A stretch of 63,307 bases of DNA, filler included, from Basidiobolus ranarum (Eukaryota), in the NCBI GenBank assembly GCA_040143965.1. It is 10 parts of 10 records of this genome, joined end to end, with 100 filler letters (N's around TTAATTAATTAA, not from the genome) between each part and the next. Parts side by side here need not be neighbours in the genome. Positions count along the whole stretch, not along the records: positions 25,404 to 31,647 come from JASJQH010008242.1; positions 31,748 to 37,990 come from JASJQH010008243.1; positions 38,091 to 44,325 come from JASJQH010008245.1; 7 more parts are not named here. The stretch is one strand, 5' to 3'. Within the stretch, counting starts at the first letter, position 1, and the number at the start of each line of letters is the position of its first letter. The position numbers were made by a program, and so were the translations under genes. Shown piece by piece: positions 28,234 through 40,001 of this stretch. The notes under the pieces were generated by a model, which was given only the letters and a program-made list of their open reading frames with translations, did not search any database and was not told the DNA's origin.

Positions 28234-28974
28234 ATGATCAAACTAATCTTCGGAGAGAATGAGTCAGTAGTGCGATGAAATATTCTACACGTCCTCTTAA
28301 TACTAGCGTCATGGTCCTCGTATCTAAACCCATGTTATTTTCATTTCGTATACATAATTTTAAACTACACTTTACCTAAAACCCTTTGCTTCTTCCTCCT
28401 CCCAATCCTTTCTTAAACGTACATTCCCTAAATTAACCTTCTCACATGGTGAGTCTTCACTCCAGGCAAACTTTTGTAGCGCTTCAGAACCGGTGCTATA
28501 TTAGAGGATGAGATTCAGTCGAGGCAGGAGCCTCTAGCTTCACATCTCTCCATGTATTGTACAAAATGGTAGTCCTTTACCCCGTTGATTTATATTTTTC
28601 TAGTGTATATTTTACAATCTTAATGCAGTTTTCAATGCCTATTTTTCTCATACACACATTTTGCTTGCTTCTTTTCTCGCTTACTTTTGGGGTTTAATGC
28701 CTTTCACACCTCTTATCCCTCGCTCTACTATGGACTCCTTTATGACCAAGGCCAACCCTTTCATCATTAATGAATATAAACAAGTATTTTCTTGAACAGT
28801 TAAACATAGTTGGGCATGCCACTCAACCAATCAGCGGTTAGGTGAGGTAGTAGTAATAATCTAATAACCATGTCAATAGTTGATATTTTGTCTATTCAGT
28901 ATATACTCAATTTAGTTTGTTAGGAACGCTAATTATTCATACTTGTGGAAGAAATTAGAAGCACAGCTTATATA

Positions 28975-29303
28975 TGTTGAAGTATTTTGAGAGTTTGTTG
29001 GAAGTGGTTTGGAGAACTAGAAGAATTGATGGTTTTCACTTATTGATTTGTTGAATAGAAAGTTGACATTCATAGTTTTGTCGAGGTGTAAGCAAGCAAA
29101 TGTGTAGAATGTGTTAAGGAAGGTCCTAGGAACATGTGTGCAAAGTTTGGGGCTTCTAGCACAAGTTTGAAAATCTATATATCTGAGAACTTCTAAGTAA
29201 ATTCCAATTGAGAATAATGGATAATATCTTAGTGAATTATAAGATAACTAAGTACTAAGCTATATATGACTATATAGGTGTTTAGGCAATGCTATTTTCA
29301 ACA
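28975..29303 (-). mobile_element. Solo LTR, family A (Copia), with 5-bp TSD ATATA
   Basis: TGTTGAAG...TTTCAACA flanked by ATATA (28970-28974, 29304-29308); same family as the 3' LTR at 43712-44059. Confidence 0.9.
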
Positions 29304-30008
29304 ATATATTGATATTCTCTTTATAATAATCATAACAAACTCTCAATACTCATCGCTCAAACTTGTGTATATCGCATTTGATAATAGGAGTGTGGATGAT
29401 TTTTATATATTTCAGCTATCAGCCATTTGGTCTTGCCTTTCATCTTCTCATTCCTTATTTTCCACTCCAGTAAACTCTTTTAGCAGTTGCCATAGATCAT
29501 TCATTCCGAACATTTGCTATTTATAGTGACAAAGAGAGAGATAACTCCATGTTAAGTATGTTATCTATGAATGCATGCTATTCTTTTATATCAAACAGGA
29601 CTTGAATGCCGAAGTATGAAGAAATGATGTATCCCATCATAATATTAACAACCTGGAGCATCCTCTTCATATTATAACTTACTTTATTAAATGATGAACA
29701 AGTAATTCCAATCAGCCACTCCAAAGTATCAGTCTAGCAAAGGAGTTGCAACAATCCTAACTAAACTTATAATATGATTTGAAAATTTATATTAATATTT
29801 AATAAAAGCATAAACTAAACTTGATTTGTTTCCCATTTCTACTCGAATATTTCCCATCCTATGATCATACAAAAATCCAGGAATCTAACCGCAGTCTTGA
29901 TGAAATTCAACTTGAAATAAAAGAAAAAAAAACTCACACACACACACACACTGACTTTAGTACAGTATTTATGAACTGTTGAAAAATTTCTACCTAGTTC
30001 AAGTTATA

Positions 30009-31647
30009 ATGATGGAACCGGAAGTCAACCAACCACCAACTGAACAAACTAAAAAACCTCGTAAACGTTTTGTCGGTAAAGCTCGCGGTACGGCGAAAAG
30101 TTCAGTCGCCGGCGACCCTGGGAGTATTGAAGATGGTGTAGCCATTATAAAAAGTAAGAGACTCATTGTTATAACTCGAGAAAGGTCCATTGTACCCCTT
30201 TTGTTCGCTCCAAAAAGCTGGTTAAACTAATGGTTACTTAAGACCCTCGTGCTAGTGGTAAAACCAACCGTTTAGCTTCTCAGATACCTGACGATATTTT
30301 GAATGATCCCTTATTGGCTAAAGCGATGGAGCAAGTTAGTGTTATTTTCAAGCTTCAAAATAGTTCTTTAGTGAGATAAGAGAGTTAATTTATTGCAATA
30401 TTCTTTTCGTAGCTTCCTTCAAATTACAACTTCGAAATTTATAAGACAGTATGGGGTATCAAGCGTGCAAACGCCACCAAAGGTACTTTTATTCTAAAAC
30501 GTATCCAGGGGTTATTACTGATTTAAAAAAATTTCCCGATTTATAGTCGCATTGCAATTTCCTGAAGGAATCATGTTATTCGCTTGTACAATAGCAGATA
30601 TTCTCGAGAGGTGACTAAAATTTTATCCCGTCAAATAGTAATATATTTTGCCACTACATGGAGATATTCTGACTTGTACTTTTAGATTCTGTGATGTTGA
30701 GACAGTAGTCATGGGAGATGTAACATATGGCGCTTGTTGTGTGGATGATTTTACCGCACGTGCACTAGGCTGTGATTATATGGTGCACTACGGACATAGT
30801 TGTCTTGGTTAGCGAATATTATTATGTTAAATGAGCATCGAATGCAATACCAACTTTATTTCTTTAGTTCCCGTCGATGTTACAACCATCAAAACAATGT
30901 ACGTGTTTGTAGATATTGGTATTGATACTCAACATTTCATCGAGACTGTGAAGTATAACTTTACACCTGGGTCAAAGTTGGCAGTCGTCGGTACGATCCA
31001 ATTCGTCACGGCTATCCAGGGAGCAAGAGGGCTCTTGGAGGCTGACTACACTATTCTCGTACCACAATCCAAACCTCTCTCTCCCGGTGAAATCCTTGGA
31101 TGTACTTCGCCAAAGTTACTTGAGCAGGATGCTATCATGTACGTAGAATACTTATTATGCGAGAGATACGGAATAGTTTTGACTAATCTTCCATACATAG
31201 CTACTTGGGTGATGGTCGATTCCATCTTGAATCTATCATGATTCATAATCCCAATATTCCCGCGTACAAGTAAGCAGCATATTCATGACTGTATGTCAAC
31301 GGCTATATGCTCATATATTAATATCTGTAGGTATGATCCCTATAACAAGAAGTTCACACGTGAGAGATATGATCATACCCAAATGCATTCCATACGTCAA
31401 CATGCCATCCAAGTAGCCAAGAAAGCAAAGACGTTCGGTTTGATCCTGGGAACCCTTGGACGTCAAGGCAGTCCCAAGATTATGGTCGATATCGAAGAGA
31501 AATTAAAAGTTCGTGGACTCAATTATGTGATAGTACTTCTTTCCGAGATTTTCCCCAGCAAATTAGCCCAATTCGAGCATGTTGACGCGTAAGTCATAAC
31601 CAATTATCCGGTCTATTTCAATTTTTTCACACTAACATCACATTGAA
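30009..31647 (+). CDS. DPH1: Diphthamide biosynthesis protein 1, multi-exon, 3'-truncated by the contig end
   Basis: Spliced exons give [85 protein letters not shown] and [11 protein letters not shown]. Confidence 0.96.
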
Positions 31648-31747
31648 NNNNNNNNNNNNNNNNNNNNNNNNNNNNNNNNNNNNNNNNNNNNTTAATTAAT
31701 TAANNNNNNNNNNNNNNNNNNNNNNNNNNNNNNNNNNNNNNNNNNNN

Positions 31748-32830
31748 CTATTGAATTCTTTTGGAGTGGCTTCCATTCAGGCTAATTGGGCACGTCTGTT
31801 CGTCAATAAACAGCCAGTGGGCTTGTTTTTAATGACTGATGATGTAAAATCCCCATTTCTCAAGCGGACTTTCCATGGTAACGATGAAAACGCCAAGATC
31901 GGAGCAGCATTCAAATGTAACGCCATCGAAGAAACTAAAGTAGCTAATCTAGCCTTTAAAGGAGATTATTTAACTGGATATGATTTTCAAAATACTTACG
32001 AAGTTGAAGAAGCACCTGATGGTAAAGATGTCGCCCATCAAAGTTTAATAGAATTTATGAAAATCATCAATGATTTCAATCCAGCTAATGCTAGTGATAA
32101 TGATCTCAAGAAACTTTCCGAGGTTTGGGATTATTCACACTTTCTTCGTGCTATGGCATTGGAGTTTTTGGCCGGCTCTTGGGATACCTTCTGGTGGGCG
32201 GGTAGTAATTATTATCTTTATAAGCCACCAGGAAAGCCCTGGGTTTATATTCCTACCGATTTTGATTTCACCTTTGGAAGTGATTATCCAAATCTAGATA
32301 TGGGTACTTACCAGGAATTTAGTCAAGGAACCAGTCGTCCTCCTATTGATAAACTTCTAGCCGTTCCAAAGATCAAAAAAGACTTTGAGGAAATGTTGAA
32401 AAATATGACTAATCATGGATTCAATTCGGATGTGTTAAATCCTCGTATTGACGGCTACTTGGATATGCTGAAAGATGAACTCAGTTGGGATCGTGAACTC
32501 ACTCGTCTTGCTGTTGGTAAGAATCCTAAATGGACCCTGCAGAATGCCATTGATAATATAGTCAAGCCTATCCCTACCAAGGAGTTTGCACTTAAACCAT
32601 GGATCGCTGATAAGGTCAAATTACTTCAAACACAGCTAAATTACAAGCAAAAGACTGAAAAGTATGTTCCAAAACCTGTGACAAACTCTACTAGTACCAC
32701 TACTCAAGGCAGTGAGAAAAATAATAACGAGGTACATAAAGAAGGCGTAGATACCCCTCAATCCTCCTCAAATCAATTAGTCAACTCTGTTCTATTACTA
32801 GTACTCTCATTAACTATCACTTGTATATAA
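31748..32830 (+). CDS. cotH: CotH kinase-family protein, 5'-truncated, with probable GPI signal
   Basis: ARLFVNKQPVGLFLMTD, FLRAMALEFLAGSWD...GSNYYLY, YIPTDFDFTFG; S/T-rich tail and hydrophobic C-terminus. Confidence 0.88.
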   Translation, partial: LLNSFGVASIQANWARLFVNKQPVGLFLMTDDVKSPFLKRTFHGNDENAKIGAAFKCNAIEETKVANLAFKGDYLTGYDFQNTYEVEEAPDGKDVAHQSLIEFMKIINDFNPANASDNDLKKLSEVWDYSHFLRAMALEFLAGSWDTFWWAGSNYYLYKPPGKPWVYIPTDFDFTFGSDYPNLDMGTYQEFSQGTSRPPIDKLLAVPKIKKDFEEMLKNMTNHGFNSDVLNPRIDGYLDMLKDELSWDRELTRLAVGKNPKWTLQNAIDNIVKPIPTKEFALKPWIADKVKLLQTQLNYKQKTEKYVPKPVTNSTSTTTQGSEKNNNEVHKEGVDTPQSSSNQLVNSVLLLVLSLTITCI

Positions 32831-33111
32831 TTTAATCTATTTGGTATCTTTGAATAAATTAACTCCACTACTTTTAATGAAAAAGAGTAATTCGAAGTAA
32901 CAGTAAGGCAAGTTCTCTTTGGTATCTAAACTCAAGTCACACCCTGAGTGAAAACGTTTCTTTGGATTGATCGCTACAGTGGAAATAGCTTACGGTTAGT
33001 GGGTAACATGGAGTCAATTGGGTAAAATTGTGAATTTATTAAATTCCTTAAAATAGCAATGTTTCACTTTGAATCAATTTTGGTAGATTAAAAGTTGGGT
33101 TTTGTATTCAG

Positions 33112-33621
33112 TTAGTGATTCCAATACCCAGTTAATACTATTGCTACACCACTCAATACCGTTAGGGGATTGAAAAGTGATTCTCCTCCATTTGGTTTGT
33201 TATTGTTGTCTGGGGTAGAGGTTGCTGCTGGATTAGAAACTACAGGTGTGGTTGCCACGGGTTGTTCTGGTGCACTTCCAGCATTATTTCCATCGTTACC
33301 GGGTTGAGCGGGTGCTGGGCTAGGTTGGGAATTTTCAGGATTGGGTTGGTTTTGTGGTGTTTGACCATCGTGACTTGGGTTGTTAGTACCATCACTGCTA
33401 CCGCCACCATTTCCATTTCCATTACCATTGCCGTTGGCATTACCGTCCCCTCCACTGGCACTACAATATGCTGATCCAGTACCACAGAAGCCCCAGCTTG
33501 AACAGCAGGATCCGGTAGGACAATCAACTCCGTTTCCACATCTACCATCCAAGCTGACAGCAGCTTGGTAAGCTGGAGTCATACAGGCGATCAAAGCGAC
33601 AGTTACAAGAGCGAATTTCAT
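33112..33621 (-). CDS. Secreted chitin-binding (CBM18/hevein) protein, probably GPI-anchored
   Basis: Signal peptide MKFALVTVALIACMTPAYQA; DGRCGNGVDCPTGSCCSSWGFCGTGSAYC; G/N/P-rich stalk; hydrophobic C-terminus. Confidence 0.9.
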   Translation of the reverse strand: MKFALVTVALIACMTPAYQAAVSLDGRCGNGVDCPTGSCCSSWGFCGTGSAYCSASGGDGNANGNGNGNGNGGGSSDGTNNPSHDGQTPQNQPNPENSQPSPAPAQPGNDGNNAGSAPEQPVATTPVVSNPAATSTPDNNNKPNGGESLFNPLTVLSGVAIVLTGYWNH

Positions 33622-34868
33622 AGTTGTGTTAAAGGTTTAGTTTAAAGCGAAGTAGTCGAATTACGTGATATTGTTTGATATTCAAGGTTAATGATTTTTC
33701 TTCAAACTCTGTGCTCTCAAATTTATACTAGTAAAGAGGTGATCATGTTTTCATGCAAAATGAATACCACTTCAAACGTTACGTAAATTCTGTGACATAA
33801 TCATGGAATTTAGGTCATCCATTCATAGGATTGGTGGATCTTGCATGATCATGGAAACATTTACCAAGTTTACCTTTCTTTCACCAAGTCGCTCAGTCAA
33901 CATTACTGCTAAAATGAGAGATAATTCACTTACTACCTCTAAATATTACTCAGTAAATCTTCACCACTGGGAAGTTATTTACCAGTGCCACGTCTAGTTC
34001 ATGATTGTTGATGTATATGTGAGAAAGCTCAATATTATAAGCACTGCGATTTACCACGTAAGCTACTGAAAAAATGATCATCATGAACCGAATTCTGTTA
34101 CATTTGGGGCACCCCAACATAGTTATCTGAAATCTGTAGTGTAAGATAGTGAGTCTACCTCATCTTCCATTATATACTGCGGTTTCAGCTAACTTTTCAT
34201 TCTAAATATGATGGCTTCTAACATTCGATGCCATAGCAGTCTGATGGAAAATATGCCATTATTCTACTATGTTTCATTCTATAATAACTCTGAAGTTCCA
34301 AATGTTCTTTGTGTAGTACGTATCATTTAGCATGCAGTATTTTCATCAATATTATTGGATCTACATCAGATAAACAGCACTAATTATCAGATCTGCTATA
34401 TATGGTATGCTGTATAGATGTTTTATCTCCTAAATCTGATAATGTAGGGTTTGCTTGAGAAACTTCTTCATTATCTGATCTATGTAGATGCGGTTGACTA
34501 TTTGCTTTATTAGAGTTTTAACCAATGGTACAAGTGGAACATACGAGAGAATGGGCCGCCCTAGTTAGCTCCAAGATTACTATCAAAATTCAAGAAAATG
34601 TGATGTCGTTAGTCATAAGGTGTGACCTTGGACCCCAAGCTTACTTGAACCAGCATTCTAAACTAAATGTAAAAGAAAGTAAAGTACATAAATATTTCAA
34701 TATTTTCAGGTGTCACCGCAGAAAACGTTTTGTTATAGGAAACGAATGGATTCCGTTTTTGTTAAGACCAACAAGAGTATGCTTATTGGGTAGCATCCAC
34801 TGTTCTTCTCTATAAAAATGAGAGGAGAACCGCTCTAAACCACTTCAAATCAAATCATTCCAGTTATC

Positions 34869-35295
34869 ATGTCTTCCAAAGTCTCTGTCTTCTTCTCTCC
34901 GTCTTGGGTGCTATGAGCATTATTGATGCTGCTCCAGCTAACTGCTACAACATTCCTTCCGCTGGTGGCTGTATCGATGGCTGCAATATGGTACGATCAC
35001 TTAGTGAATTCAATGATATGAAATTTTTGAGCTAATCCATTTCACTTTTCGTTACCAGCAAGCAGGTATTCAATTATTTGATGATTATAGCAGTGATCTT
35101 GCCAGCCCTTTCTTCGTAAAATCTTTGGGATTACAATGTGATCGTGCCAATCCCAATTTTATCCCCTTTATGACCAGTGCCGGAATTTGCATGGTTGATT
35201 GCCCAATTCCTCAACAAAGTGCTTATAATAGTACTTATAAAGCCTCATGTGGTTGGTACAAAGCTAACAAAAATGGCTCTACTGGATGTAACTAA
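34869..35295 (+). pseudogene. Small Cys-rich secreted-type protein, 2 exons, with start ATG one base out of frame
   Basis: TATAAAA at 34811; intron 34991-35058 (GTACGA...CAG). Spliced frame: VFQSLCLLLSVLGAMSIIDA-APANCYNIPSAGGCIDGCNM|QAGIQLFDDYSSDLASPFFVKSLGLQCDRANPNFIPFMTSAGICMVDCPIPQQSAYNSTYKASCGWYKANKNGSTGCN*. Not present in the ORF track. Confidence 0.75.
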
Positions 35296-36660
35296 GTACA
35301 TTCATGATTCTCAGCTTAAATAAATATATCCACTGTGCTTATAAGCCATTCGTAATGTTTACTGCAGTAACCTTAACCCTTAGGGTAACGTTTGATGGTA
35401 AATTACTCAACAAGGTAGACAGAGATCGTATGTTATCAATCACATGGTAACACTTCCCTAAGAAATTGACGAAAAAGAGATAAAAAAGATCAGAAGAAAA
35501 CTGGAGGATTATCTTGTCTGATCATATTGTCCCAGTTCTACTAAAATAAATTAGTATCTCTAAAGCGACTAAACCTTTCTGCTCAAAAATCAGAAATACC
35601 AAGCAGTCGAATGTAAAAAATTCATGCGTAGCCAGTTTCCGCAAAACAGTAGGTTTCAATTTGACATGCTAAGCAGTGTTCCAAAGTAAGAGAATGCACA
35701 GCAAATCTTCCACTCTAGCTACATTGCATCTTGCAGTTGTACATTACAAATTTGTCCACTTCATTCACATCCAAGTAATCAGAAGTCTCATTGTTAGCCA
35801 ATGTCTTACTACCATTATTATTTTGAAATATTTAATTCTATCAGTGATCCAAGGACTCTCTAGATTTGAAATTTATAGCTTTTCATATATTTGAGTGCTT
35901 AACCACGCTTTTAATTACAGCACTCATCATGTTGAACATAGGATGCTCAAAGAGGTGTAAGCCATAGAACATATTGAAGATGAGGAGTCTCCACCACAAT
36001 GAATAATAGTGAAATTGTCTTTAGAATAGTGCCTACCAAGTATAGCTTAGGAGTATTGGACTAGCTGTGAAGAGATTGTATTTTGATTAGTAATAAACCA
36101 TATTCTCAAAACACCTGTAATAATTAATGTTTTGCACCAGAATTTGATAAATTTAGAAATCCCTCTTATTTTGAAAATCTTACAATAATCACATATGCAA
36201 ATAGTGTCCATATTGCTCTGCATGCAGCGTTGGGATGCAACAAGCAAGAGTTTGACAACATTTGTTGAGCACAGATGTCAGCAAATATCTAGTATTATTT
36301 AGTAACATCAAACAGAGTGTAGTAAGCTGAGGACTGATTCAAACGATGTTGGGGACCCCAATTGTGAATTAATATTTCCTCTCTGTCAAGTTATACTCAC
36401 ATATAGCCTGAAAACTTGTTGACATATCAATTCACTGGGCTGACTGAGGTCTTTTACACTCAGTGATTTAGCATAGATAATATTGGTAAAGCACATGGTT
36501 TGAAGCTGACTTAGTACTAACAAGCACCTTGGAACAGCTAGTTTTGAAAGATTTTGATATAATGAATAGATTCAGGACTGAATGGTCTCCAGCTTGTTTG
36601 AATAAGCTAGAACAATATATTTTGCTGTTAGTGTTGGAGGATCTGGTCATAATGAGAATA

Positions 36661-37008
36661 TGTTAAAGTATTTTGAGATCCTGTTGGAAGTGGTTTGGAG
36701 AATTTGAGAAATTGGTGGTTTCACTTATTGATTTATTAAGTTGAAAGTTGACATTCATAGTTTTGTCAAGATGTAAGCTAACTGACATGTAAGACTTGCT
36801 AACACAGATACTAGAGGCACGTATGCAAAGTTTGGGGCTTTTAGCACAAGTTTGAAAAATCTATATATCCAAAAACTTGTCAGTTGGTAAAAATATTTGA
36901 AAAAAATCCCAATATTAAATTATGGATATCATCATAGTTCAATCTAGGATAACTAAATACTAAGCTATATATGACTATATAGATGTTTACACAATGCTAA
37001 TTTCAACA
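36661..37008 (-). mobile_element. LTR family A copy
   Basis: TGTTAAAG...TTTCAACA, colinear with 28975-29303; no matching TSD. Confidence 0.8.
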
Positions 37009-37562
37009 AAAACCACCAGTTTCTCTAGTTCTCCCAGTCACTTCCAATAGACAGCCAAAATACTTCAATAGGCTATGAGTCCCCAGCTTGAACTCTGGGT
37101 TATATCAACTTTGCAAATTTCTGGAACTTTTCCCTCTTCTGAAAAATCATATGGAACCAATTATCAAGTTTGGAGGATTAAATTTTATTTTCAACACATA
37201 TGATCTATCTCTTTCTATATTGCTCAACATGTCATTGGGAATTTTCAGAGATATTGCAAGTGAAGTGGAATATAAGAAGAAAGTATAGTTTTCACCTGTT
37301 GGTTTATTTGTCTAAACTTTGGCATTTGCACTTTTGTACAAAATACCACAGATTAGTAGAGGGGTCATAGTGGAAAACATGTTGAGATACTATATACAAA
37401 GTTTGAGGGCTTTTTGATAACTGTGAAATTTTACAAAATATCTATATCCTGACTATCATTAATCAGAATCGAACAGTTACAAAATAATGTGGAGTCCAGA
37501 GTTATTTTCTTCCAGAAGTGAATAGCTGATTTTTAACTATGTATAAAGTAATAGGTATACAT

Positions 37563-37990
37563 TGTTAAAGTGTTTTAGAGGACTAGAAAAATTGGTAGTT
37601 TCCACTTCATGATTTATTAAGTGTGGGTTAACATTCATATTTTTGACAAGAGGTAGGCCAGCCTGTTGAAATTAGCATTGCCTAAACATCTATATAGTCA
37701 TATATGTTGAAGTTAGCATTGCCTAAGCACTTATATAGTCATGTATAGCTAAGTACTTAGTTATCTTATAATTCACTAAGAAATCATCATTTATTCTCAA
37801 TCGGAATTTACTTAGCATATTTTTACCAACTTAGAAGTTCTCAGATATATAGATTTTTCAAAGAAGCCCCAAACTTTGCACACATGTTTCTGGGACCTGC
37901 CTTAACACATTCTACACGTTAGTTGGCTTACATCTTGACAAAACTATAAATGTCAACTTTCTACTCAATAAATCAACAAGTGAAAACCAC
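37563..37990. mobile_element. Nested LTR family A fragments in opposite orientations
   Basis: A partial copy at ~37563-37663 is followed by a reverse-oriented copy starting TGTTGAAATTAGCATTGCC (37664), with a second terminus at ~37705; cut by the contig end. Confidence 0.75.
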
Positions 37991-39316
37991 NNNNNNNNNN
38001 NNNNNNNNNNNNNNNNNNNNNNNNNNNNNNNNNNTTAATTAATTAANNNNNNNNNNNNNNNNNNNNNNNNNNNNNNNNNNNNNNNNNNNNGGCCCCTGCA
38101 CAAGGATGACACGTAAATCTTGAGTGGACACCTCTTCGGAGGAAATTTTTTTATATATCCTCCACAGTTATTGGATGATTTCTACTGCTCCCAATCAATT
38201 ATGGTTTTGGAAAGAAATTTTTCTGTCGTTAGTGAACTCTATCTCAAGCAAGCGCACGATCCGAAATTTCTGATACATTGACACTTTATGGAGATAAATG
38301 GTATTCAGTAGTTCAAGTAATAATATGCATACTCGATTTCACAGTGATAGCTATGCTTCCAGTGGAAAATGGAATATTTTGCAAGTGTTTGCACGATTTG
38401 CACTTGATATTTTATTGGATTCCAAATCAATATTGATTCTGGTGTTAAAAATGCTGAAACAGAACAGGATGTATAAGAGCGTGGGAAATAGTTTGAAGTT
38501 GATATTCCTTTTTGCGTATGAATAAAGATGTTTTATAAAGTCCTCTCGAGTAAATATCTCTGGCAGTATGACTAGTACCAAAAGTTAGTTTAGAAGTTGT
38601 AGTAGTGGATGTCTTGGTACCCTCCACTGCCAAAATGCTCAGAGTAATGGCAGTCATAGGTTGATTTAACTGTATAGCATATTGGGCCATCTTAGCTAGT
38701 TCCTAACTAGTATTAATATACATAATATATAAATAAATGGTATCCCATAACCAATTTCTCGAGAAAATAGATTTATAATGATCACCCAGATCACTTACTT
38801 CAATCAAGCCTAATGATGATCTTAAATAGCAAAAGTCAAGCTCAACAATCTGATCTTCGATTTGATGTGAATTCATTTTCTGAGGGCATGGTTTCTTCAT
38901 GGTTTCTGCCTGGTTTCTTCATTCATATACACATCAAGAAGTAATCTATAAATATCAAAAGTATAAATTTACCAACCAATGGAGATTCACTTTAGTCTGA
39001 GGCTCTGTTCACTCTAAGTATGCTAGAGATAGGAAACAAGGACTGGTGATCCTGTCTACTACAATTGTGATTTGCGTTGTGATTTGTGTACATGTTTATA
39101 CCGAAAGTTTCTAAAATCAATGAATTTGCATAATTCTATCCCATTTTGATCAGAAGTAATGAAATTATGGGATTTGTTCTGAGTGCGTATAAGCCTAGTT
39201 AGAATTGACTAATAGGATATGATATGCATGAACCCTAGCGTAGGTAAATACATACATAAATAGTGAAGAACATCTCACTGCTCAGCACCTCCTCCTTCCT
39301 AAACCGTCATATCATA

Positions 39317-40001
39317 ATGCGTTTCCTGCATTCTCTGATTACTTTAGCTGCTGCTATTCAGCTCGTACAGGGTGACTTGAACGGTGATACAGGGCCTGAA
39401 GACTCCCAGTATCCAAGCTCCGTATAATAACAAGGCTTTTTCCCACAACGAGAAATCGGATCCTGTAAACTTTAACATTTTGGTTAAAGGACCAGGATAC
39501 ACTGCTGATTCATTATTAAAAGCCGGTTGGGGTCCAGGAAAAATTGTTCACGTCAACGGTTACAAGTTTACGTTACCAAACTGGGGGTATGGTAAGAGCG
39601 ACAACTGGATCGAAGGAGGTCAGAAGGTGAAGGTCGTATCGAAGCCTGGTGCTACCCGGCTGGGATTTCTGTTATCAAGTGATATGGGGAATTTTGGTGG
39701 AGAATTTCGGATCGTCTATACCGGTTGTAATACACAGGTTGGCAGAGTAGCCTCAACAGACTGGAAATGGAAGATAGAACATGCCCCCGGCAACACCATT
39801 GCACTCAATGGACTGGAAGCTACTAATGGAGGTGGTGATGTTCGGATATATACTACAGAGGTAGATATAGATCCTAGTAAGGAAATAGCTTATGTGCAGC
39901 TCCCTACGGCAAGGTTAATTTATGACGTTCATCCTGCTGGTAAAGGCATTAAAGGCCATGTTCATGTGTTTTCACTTGCGACAAGAAAAATAGGCTATTG
40001 A
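39317..40001 (+). pseudogene. Secreted protein resembling a bacterial glycoside-hydrolase accessory beta-sandwich domain, frameshifted after the signal peptide
   Basis: Signal peptide MRFLHSLITLAAAIQLVQG from ATG 39317 is out of frame with the 205-aa body. The body has the pattern YNN...AGWGPG...NGYKFTLP...DN...GQ...LGFL...VYT...DW...PGN...IDPSKEIAYVQLP...HVFSLA. No intron in the body. Confidence 0.7.

Noticed and set aside
35676-36660. CpG-poor stretch as an identifiable TE or pseudogene
   Set aside because: Probably decayed repeat, but no motif was found in the frames I read.
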